From: Bifidobacterium longum subsp. longum JCM 1217
GTDB lineage: Bacteria; Actinomycetota; Actinomycetes; Actinomycetales; Bifidobacteriaceae
Length of the DNA stretch: 32,000 bases
Assembly (NCBI RefSeq): GCF_000196555.1
Contig: NC_015067.1
Coordinates: 1,620,001 to 1,652,000, forward strand
Direction: 5' to 3'
A program made the translations under genes and the position numbers. The notes beneath the pieces were generated by a model. That model did no database searches. It was given only the letters and a program-made list of their open reading frames with translations, and was not told where the DNA came from. Each line of letters opens with the position of its first letter. Positions within the stretch are counted from its first letter, which is position 1. Of this stretch, positions 21,410 through 30,465 are shown in pieces.

Positions 21410-21422
21410 GCTTTATGCAAAA

Positions 21423-21531
21423 AATGTGAGGCATACGCACATTTCCCATCAAACGCACAGGTGCAAGAATGGCAGCAATTCGCCATTTTTGAAATCACCA
21501 TGTGCGTTTGACGGCGCGTAAGCCTCACATT
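21423..21531. repeat. AT-richer imperfect palindromic element between GH20 and the SBP remnant
   Basis: Outer arms are aatgtgaggcatacgc (21423-21438) and gcgtaagcctcacatt (21516-21531), 15/16 complementary. Inner arms are tcaaacgcaca (21449-21459) and tgtgcgtttga (21501-21511), 11/11. Local GC is 45-50% by hand count. Confidence 0.5.
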
Positions 21532-21564
21532 GTTCTCAGCAGGACCGAATTTCTGCGAGCCCCC

Positions 21565-23736
21565 CTATAGCGCTCCCCTACGCAATATGTCCGCAAACGA
21601 CCACACCACATGGGCGATACGCGCCAATTCGGCGTAACGGCCGATGGACAGCCACTGCACACGGTACCGTTCGAACCACAACTCCAAATCGGCGGCAAGA
21701 CGGGCGCGGCGCGAGGCATCCAGCGCACGGCCGGTCACATCCTTGGTGTCACAGGCGTCCTCGCCGCCAGCCAATACCAGCAGTTCCTCACCCAGTCTAT
21801 TGAACAACCGCTGCCCATCCAGCATCACCCACAGCAGCTCCGGGTTCAATCCTCCTCGTGCCGAGCCATCGAGCACCGCGACAACCGCACTGCCGCAATC
21901 AATCAACGCCCGGTCGCAATCCCGGCGTCGTTCGAGACGGGCATGGTTCCGCAGGAGCAATCGGCGGCGCGCGTCGGCGCATCCCAGCGCACGGTCAAAC
22001 ATGAGCTCTCCCCCGCACGACCGTTCCACATACGATGCCACATCCGTATTCAGCATGCCGGTGCCGGAACCGTATTCCAGTTCCAGCACTTGCACGGCGA
22101 GGTCCCAGGGGAACGACACTCCATCGGAGTCGATGCGAGCGAGTGAATCCATAAGCCAACCGGATTCGTCGCCATACGCCAGATTAGAAATCCGATGGTT
22201 CATTTCGCATGCGTCAATTGCAACCGGGTTCCACGCGTTTTGCGCACCGTAGCACAGTCCCGGCACGCTCAACCGCGGATCATTGACATGCCCATAGTCA
22301 CCCCAATCGGTGACCACCATGCCTTCCGCACCATATTTGAGCCCAGCCACCGCCATGCGGTACGTGTTCAGCCAGGCACCGTCATAGTCGGGGAAGAACC
22401 GGCTCCACGCACGCACGGCAGGGCACACGAATTGGCGGCGGCCTTGTGATGCGATGGTCTGGATCTTGCTTTCGTCGATATCCGGCTCATACATCCAGTT
22501 GAGCATCGTGATGTCGCCGGGCAGCAAGTCCATGGTGTGCGGATTCTCGAGCGCGATATCCGCCCACAGCATCGGTTGTAGACCACGATGGGCAAGCGTG
22601 CTGCATAGGTCTTTGACGAAATCGGCATACAGCTCATCGCGACTGGCGCCCGGCGAGTCCTGTACGGACCGGCCACGGCCCAAGTCGAAAGTCTCATCGC
22701 CACCAATATTGAAGGACCGCGAGCGGAACAGCGGCGCGTATTCCTCGATTAGGCGCGAGGCGAAATCGTGCGACTTGGGGTTGGCTGCGTTCAGTGTGTG
22801 GTGTTCCATTCGTTCGATGAAACTGAACGGACGGTCGGCGTCTTCGGGGAACTCTCCCAGTCCACGATGTTCACGGGTGCGCAGGTTCATATACATGTGC
22901 CCGAAAGTGGCCAAGGACGGCACCAGTTCGATGCCGTGGTGTGCGCAGTATTCGTCCAGGAACATGATGTCGTCGGCCGTGAGCGGGTCAGTGCCGCGCC
23001 ACGCTTCGCTGAGCTCGCCGAAAGCGAAGGCATGTTCCACGTACAGCTGGAATTGGTTGTACTTATACAACGCCAGCTGGTCGATGAACCAGGTGAGGAA
23101 CGCCATCGTCGGCACACGCCCGCGCGTCACGTCAAGACTGTAGGCGCGCACCGCGAACGCAGGCTTGTCTTGGATATGCAGGCAGGGCAAGGTCCGCGAG
23201 GTTTGCCTGATCATCTGCCGCAGTGTCTGCATGCCGTACCGCAATCCGCTTTCGCTGCCACCACGCACGGCGATGGTATCTGAGGCGAACACATCCAGCG
23301 TGTATTCGTCATGCGCCAATCGCGCATCCACACACAGCAATATGACGGTGCCGTTCATCGCTGCCGGCGCACCCGCGCCCGCACCCGCACCCACGCCCGC
23401 ATCTCGCGCTTTTTCGGCGGCATTGGCACCGGCGTCGGCTTCATCTGTGGCTGTGAGTACTCGGCGCGTACGGACGGCGACGCCGCAGTAACGCTCGAGT
23501 TCGCTGGACAGCTGCTCGATTGGCAGCGTTTCCCAGGTCTCATCGGCATCTTCGGTGACGGCATATTCGGGAATTCGTTTCTCGATCGTCACCAAGGACC
23601 CGATCATAGCCGTGCCATGCGTGTATTCCAATGTCACCGGAGCGGGAATCAGGGTGAGACACGGCGTTGCGGCATCAGCCTTATATTCGAATGTGGGCAC
23701 AGCTGTTCCTTTCATACTGTTTTTATTATCGTTCAT
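21565..23736 (-). CDS. GH20-family beta-N-acetylhexosaminidase-like glycosidase (cytoplasmic)
   Basis: 723 aa with a catalytic-domain pattern: RAYSLDVTRGRVPT, QLYVEHAF, and NIGGDETFDLG (the D-E pair). No signal peptide. Contains a Gly/Ala low-complexity stretch and a long C-terminal region of unknown function. Confidence 0.8.
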   Translation of the reverse strand: MNDNKNSMKGTAVPTFEYKADAATPCLTLIPAPVTLEYTHGTAMIGSLVTIEKRIPEYAVTEDADETWETLPIEQLSSELERYCGVAVRTRRVLTATDEADAGANAAEKARDAGVGAGAGAGAPAAMNGTVILLCVDARLAHDEYTLDVFASDTIAVRGGSESGLRYGMQTLRQMIRQTSRTLPCLHIQDKPAFAVRAYSLDVTRGRVPTMAFLTWFIDQLALYKYNQFQLYVEHAFAFGELSEAWRGTDPLTADDIMFLDEYCAHHGIELVPSLATFGHMYMNLRTREHRGLGEFPEDADRPFSFIERMEHHTLNAANPKSHDFASRLIEEYAPLFRSRSFNIGGDETFDLGRGRSVQDSPGASRDELYADFVKDLCSTLAHRGLQPMLWADIALENPHTMDLLPGDITMLNWMYEPDIDESKIQTIASQGRRQFVCPAVRAWSRFFPDYDGAWLNTYRMAVAGLKYGAEGMVVTDWGDYGHVNDPRLSVPGLCYGAQNAWNPVAIDACEMNHRISNLAYGDESGWLMDSLARIDSDGVSFPWDLAVQVLELEYGSGTGMLNTDVASYVERSCGGELMFDRALGCADARRRLLLRNHARLERRRDCDRALIDCGSAVVAVLDGSARGGLNPELLWVMLDGQRLFNRLGEELLVLAGGEDACDTKDVTGRALDASRRARLAADLELWFERYRVQWLSIGRYAELARIAHVVWSFADILRRGAL

Positions 23737-23810
23737 CCGCTGACGGCAGGCGACACGCGGTCACGCCGCCATCAGCGGACGAATCGTTTGGTGAGGTACG
23801 GCGGCATACG

Positions 23811-24626
23811 CTATTTCACGGCACCGGTCGTCACACCCTTCATGATGTTGCGCTGGATGAGCATGAAGAACACCACCACCGGCAACGAGAAGGTCACCGA
23901 AGCGGCCATCTGCCCGCCGAAATCGGTGCCCATGGTGGGTGCCGAGAAGGACGACAGCCATACCGGCAGCGTGTACTTCGACTGGTCCTTCATGAACGTA
24001 TAGGCGATCATGTAGTCGTTCCAGGCGTTGATGAACGCGAACACCGAGGTCGAGACGATGCCGGGCGCGGCCAGCGGGAAGGTGATCTTCCACAGGATCT
24101 GCCAGTCGTTCGCGCCTTCCACGGCCGCGGATTCGAAGATGTCCTTCGGGATGTTCAGGAAGAACCCGCGCATGTTCCAGATCGCGAACGGCAGCACCAT
24201 GGCGATGTACGCCAGGATCAGGCCGCTGTATTTGTTGAGCAGGCCGAGCTGGTTGTAGATGATGATCTGCGGGATGATGCCGCCAGAGGTCATCTGGATG
24301 GCCAGCACGAACACCATGATCGGCTTGCGCCCGCGGAAGCGGTACAGGGTCAGGGCCGTGCACGCGAAGAACGCGACAATAATCGACAGGACGATCGAGA
24401 GGTGCATGGGCCAGAACACGGGGGTCGTGGTCATGATCTCATCGCGCGGCTTTACGGCGGTGATAATCATCCAGTAGACCGGGAAGAACCATACGACGCA
24501 GAACAGCAGGGCGAGGATAGTGGTGCCGGCGCGGCGCGCGATCTTGCCGGGGTTGGTTCGGCGGCGGGGCGGTGCAGACTGCGCTGCGCCATGCGATACG
24601 GCCCGTGGATTCTCAACACATTTCAT
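23811..24626 (-). CDS. Carbohydrate ABC transporter permease (MalG/CUT1 type), orphan
   Basis: 271 aa with an EAA-type loop ESAAVEGANDWQILWKITFPLAAPG. No MalF-type partner or SBP lies upstream. The stretch between YWM and RFRGRK is about 20 aa shorter than I expect for the family, so it may be internally deleted. Confidence 0.75.
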   Translation of the reverse strand: MKCVENPRAVSHGAAQSAPPRRRTNPGKIARRAGTTILALLFCVVWFFPVYWMIITAVKPRDEIMTTTPVFWPMHLSIVLSIIVAFFACTALTLYRFRGRKPIMVFVLAIQMTSGGIIPQIIIYNQLGLLNKYSGLILAYIAMVLPFAIWNMRGFFLNIPKDIFESAAVEGANDWQILWKITFPLAAPGIVSTSVFAFINAWNDYMIAYTFMKDQSKYTLPVWLSSFSAPTMGTDFGGQMAASVTFSLPVVVFFMLIQRNIMKGVTTGAVK

Positions 24627-24639
24627 AAGGACGACCCTC

Positions 24640-24976
24640 TATTTCAGGGATTCGCCAATATCAGCGTGCCAGTCGCCATTTCCGGCGTCGGCTATGGCAG
24701 CGCCACCCCTTCCCCACCGTCGACATCGACAACCGACTCGCTTCACGCAAGCTCACCGAGCATATGTTGGGGCGCGGGTATCGACGAATCGCCTATATCA
24801 TCGGACCGTCGTACTTGCCGACGTTGACGCCGACGCCAGCGTGCCCGCAGCTGACCACCGTGCGCCAGCCAATGGACGCATTCGGCGTCAGCTTGGCTAC
24901 CCTAGTGCTTGACCAGATCGAGGACCGGCCGTTCCAGCGCACGGGGCTCCTGCCCACCGAGGTCGTAGCCAGATAG
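24640..24976 (+). pseudogene. LacI-family regulator remnant (no HTH, frameshifted, internally deleted)
   Basis: Frame A gives ..QGFANISVPVAISGVGYGSATP. Frame B gives FPTVDIDNRLASRKLTEHMLGRGYRRIAYIIGP, then jumps to ..PQLTTVRQPMDAFGVSLATLVLDQIEDRPFQRTGLLPTEVVAR* (stop 24974-24976). The N-terminal DNA-binding domain and most of the sugar-binding core are absent. Confidence 0.7.
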
Positions 24977-24978
24977 GC

Positions 24979-25142
24979 GCGCAGAGAACGGTTCTCAATA
25001 ATGTCTGTGCACACTTCTCTACGCCCGAAGCACACATGGAATATGCCCTAATCACTGCCATGTCGCCATTTGCGATGATGTGAGATTGTTATGTTCTTGT
25101 TCATTTGAGCGCACAGATACTACTGAGAACCGTTCTCTGCGC
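24979..25142. repeat. 164-bp element bounded by 34-bp imperfect terminal inverted repeats (MITE-like, or paired operator palindromes)
   Basis: The left arm (24979-25012) matches the reverse complement of the right arm (25109-25142) at 30/34 positions, and the outer 19 bp GCGCAGAGAACGGTTCTCA are perfect. Each arm contains the 13-bp palindrome GAGAAC-N-GTTCTC. ATAG occurs 2 nt outside both ends. Confidence 0.55.
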
Positions 25143-25153
25143 AAATAGACAAT

Positions 25154-26074
25154 GTGGATAACTCCATAAGCTGGAACCACATTGCCCTGCCTGGCTTGCA
25201 TTCAAGTCCAAATCAGCTTTACGGTCGCACCATGAGCTCTTTTATGCATGAGGATATTGTCGGCCGACGCCGAGCAGAACGTGAACGCTGCAATGATGCT
25301 GCGCGCCGTTCGAAAGGTCCATTGCTGGTGGGATACATCAATGCGGCCAACTACTACGGCGCGCCCATCCCCCGACATTGCACGCTATCTGTTGATGCCG
25401 TGCACGCCTGTGTTTCCAGTGCCAACAAACGCAGACGAATCAAAGGCGTGGTCTTCCATGTGTTTAAGGGAAAACTGGATATCCGCAAAAAGGATTATGA
25501 ACAGTTCTGGATTGCCTCGCCGGTCATGATGTGGGCTCAGATGGCCCAATACTCTACATTGGAGGAACTTGCGGCCATTGGAGCCTCTTTGATGAGCCGC
25601 GATAAACGGCGCAGAATGGCCACTCGCAAGGATTTCGATACTTACTTGGAAATCAGTCCGCGGTTCATAGGTCGTAACAAATGCCACGAGGCACTGCCCT
25701 ACATGACAGAGAACACGGATTCTCCGCCGGAAAACACGCTGTTTGGGATGCTGAAGGATTCAGGCTTGGGATGCCCCACCGCCAACTATCGCGTGAATAT
25801 CGGCAACTCATACGTCATATTGGATATGGCATATCCGGACTGCCGCGTCGCGTTCGAATATCAGGGAGCCTATCACGCCGATCCGGCACAAATGCGAATC
25901 GACGCGGCAAAGCGAAACGCATTGCAACTGCTCGGCTGGATCGTCATTCTCGTCACTGCGGATGACCTGAGAACAGCCGACACGCGGCATCGTTTTATCG
26001 AGATGGCCCATGTCGTGGTGTCCCGGCAACGCAATCTCGCCGATTGGAACCGCTCATGGGCCATTACCTCTTAG
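25154..26074 (+). CDS. DUF559 / Vsr-like endonuclease-fold protein with an AbiEi-like N-terminal region
   Basis: The C-terminal block SPPENTLFGMLKDSGLGCPTANYRVNIGNSYVILDMAYPDCRVAFEYQGAYHADPAQMRIDAAKRNALQLLGWIVILVTADDL fits the DUF559 pattern as I recall it. GC is 42-52% by hand count. The start is uncertain (GTG 25154, or ATG 25232 / 25245). Confidence 0.7.
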   Translation: MDNSISWNHIALPGLHSSPNQLYGRTMSSFMHEDIVGRRRAERERCNDAARRSKGPLLVGYINAANYYGAPIPRHCTLSVDAVHACVSSANKRRRIKGVVFHVFKGKLDIRKKDYEQFWIASPVMMWAQMAQYSTLEELAAIGASLMSRDKRRRMATRKDFDTYLEISPRFIGRNKCHEALPYMTENTDSPPENTLFGMLKDSGLGCPTANYRVNIGNSYVILDMAYPDCRVAFEYQGAYHADPAQMRIDAAKRNALQLLGWIVILVTADDLRTADTRHRFIEMAHVVVSRQRNLADWNRSWAITS

Positions 26075-26324
26075 CATCGCACCGACAATGCGCTATGCCG
26101 TTATTTACTGCGAGGCACCCGCCAGATATCGGGCTCAACGTAGATCTCCCATTCATACCAAGGCAGCGCGGCACGGCGTCCTCGTCCATGTGAATGGCCT
26201 GCAGGTTAATGAGCCTATCCACGCCGGCAGTGCGCTCCATTGCCTCGACCACCAGGTCGCAGGTGCTGTGGTCAAGCGATTCGCCCACCAGCAGCGAACC
26301 GGACTTAAACGCCAGCGCCGCCTA

Positions 26325-26353
26325 CAAAAGTGTGAGGCTGCGCAGGCTCACAC
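26325..26353 (-). terminator. Hairpin plus T-run overlapping the mrp stop codon
   Basis: Near-palindrome TGTGAGGCTGCGCAGGCTCACA (26331-26352), followed on the minus strand by CTTTTGTAGG (a run of four Ts). The mrp stop is at 26348-26350, inside the stem. Confidence 0.55.
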
Positions 26354-27463
26354 TGCCAACAGCCGTTCAGCCAACCCTCGGAAGGTCTGGCCAATGCCAT
26401 CCGTACGCAAAGCGCCGTCGGCGTCCAGCACCGCCGGCCGGCCGGCCTCGCCGGTCTCGCGCACTTCGGGTTCCAGCGGCAGCTGGGCCATCAGCGGCAC
26501 GTCATAGCCCAGCGCCTGAGTGAGCTGTTCAGACACGCGCTGACCGCCGCCGGCACCGAAAATCTCCAGCTTCTCGCCCTTGTGCTCGTAGTAGCTCATG
26601 TTCTCCACCACGCCACGCACCTTCATCGGCACCTGCAGGGCCACGAGTCCGGAGCGCACGGCGATGTCAGAAGCGGAGGGCTGCGGGGTGGTGACCACCA
26701 CGAGTTCGGCGTTGGGCAGCGCCTGGGCCACGGAAATCGCCATGTCGCCGGTGCCGGGAGCCAAGTCGAGCAAGAGGACGTCCGGCTCGCCCCACCATAC
26801 GTCAGACAGGAACTGTTCCAAGGAGCGCTGCAGTCGCGGCCCACGCCACAGAATCGCCCGGTCAGCACCGGCGAACATGCCGATGGAGATCAGTTTCACG
26901 CCCCACGCGGTGACCGGCATGAGCATGCCATTCAGATTGGTGGGCTGTGTATGCACGCCGAACAGGCGCGGCAGTGAGAAGCCATAAATGTCCGCGTCGA
27001 TGGCGGCCGTGTCGAAGCCGAGGGCCGCAAACGTGGCGGCCAGGTTCGCGGTAACCGAGGACTTGCCGACGCCGCCCTTACCGGAGGCGATGGCGAAGAT
27101 GCGGGTCTTGACACCCGGTTTGCTGAAGGGGTTCTGCTTGCGTTCGGCCTTGAGGTCGGCGACCAGATCGGCCAGCTTGTCACGGCTCATCGAACCGACT
27201 TCGATATGAGGCAGCAGCTGTGCGCCCGGATAGGAGCTGACCGCGCCATTGATCTGGCTGGTGATGGTCTCGCTCAGTGGGCATCCGGGAACCGTCAGCT
27301 CAACGTGCACGGTGACGTCGTAAGTGCCGGCGTCCGACGATGCGGGCGCGGCTTCGATGGCGGCAATCATGCCGAGGTCGGTGACCGAACGACCGAGCTC
27401 GGGGTCGATGACCTTGCTCAGGCGTTCGTAGATGTCGGCTTCGATCTGACGTGCGTCGCTCAT
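26348..27463 (-). CDS. mrp: Mrp/ApbC-family Fe-S cluster carrier ATPase with an N-terminal DUF59 domain
   Basis: 371 aa with an N-terminal MIP18/DUF59-like region (VIDPELGRSVTDLGMI) and a deviant Walker A, IASGKGGVGKSSV. Confidence 0.92.
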   Translation of the reverse strand: MSDARQIEADIYERLSKVIDPELGRSVTDLGMIAAIEAAPASSDAGTYDVTVHVELTVPGCPLSETITSQINGAVSSYPGAQLLPHIEVGSMSRDKLADLVADLKAERKQNPFSKPGVKTRIFAIASGKGGVGKSSVTANLAATFAALGFDTAAIDADIYGFSLPRLFGVHTQPTNLNGMLMPVTAWGVKLISIGMFAGADRAILWRGPRLQRSLEQFLSDVWWGEPDVLLLDLAPGTGDMAISVAQALPNAELVVVTTPQPSASDIAVRSGLVALQVPMKVRGVVENMSYYEHKGEKLEIFGAGGGQRVSEQLTQALGYDVPLMAQLPLEPEVRETGEAGRPAVLDADGALRTDGIGQTFRGLAERLLAV

Positions 27464-27564
27464 AAATCCGTATCCTCCTTTAGGGCCTGTTCTACCCTAG
27501 CGTGTGATGCGGCGGCATGCCAGAGGGAGTGGAGTAAGTCACACTGGGGCGGGATTCGCTTTTT

Positions 27565-27635
27565 CTCTCCCCCAGTCAGCCTAAAGGCTGACAGCCCCCT
27601 CATCAGAGGGGGTTAATGAAGCGTCTGAGGGGGCT
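27565..27635 (-). repeat. Intergenic hairpin repeat, copy 2 of the dispersed family
   Basis: The minus strand reads agccccctcagacgcttcattaaccccctctgatgagggggctgtcagcctttaggctgactgggggagag. Nested hairpins are CCCCCTC-tgat-GAGGGGG and GTCAGCC-ttta-GGCTGAC. It starts 4 nt after the ligA stop and is homologous to 14864-14928. Confidence 0.65.
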
Positions 27636-27638
27636 ATT

Positions 27639-30407
<2,769 letters not shown>

Positions 30408-30465
30408 CTATCCTAGCGGGCTCGGCTCCCCTCGGCCGGCTATACCGTCAACTCCCCTCAGGCGG

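Noticed and set aside
19133-21511. 792-aa plus-strand ORF spanning the GH31 and SBP remnants
   Set aside because: It is antisense to clear GH31 and SBP homology, it crosses an intergenic region and a terminator, and its composition is typical of shadow ORFs in GC-rich DNA.
23667-24827. 386-aa plus-strand ORF overlapping the permease on the opposite strand
   Set aside because: Most of it is a His/Arg/Asp/Gly-rich antisense translation of a clear membrane permease. Only its last roughly 60 codons coincide with one frame of the LacI remnant, which is reported separately.
24985-24997. SOS (LexA) box reading of GAGAAC-N-GTTCTC
   Set aside because: Actinobacterial and Gram-positive LexA sites have GAAC-N4-GTTC spacing. 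Here the half-sites are separated by a single base.
27206-27616. 136-aa plus-strand ORF ending ..SPLIRGG
   Set aside because: It is antisense to mrp for most of its length, and its tail is just a translation of the intergenic hairpin repeat.
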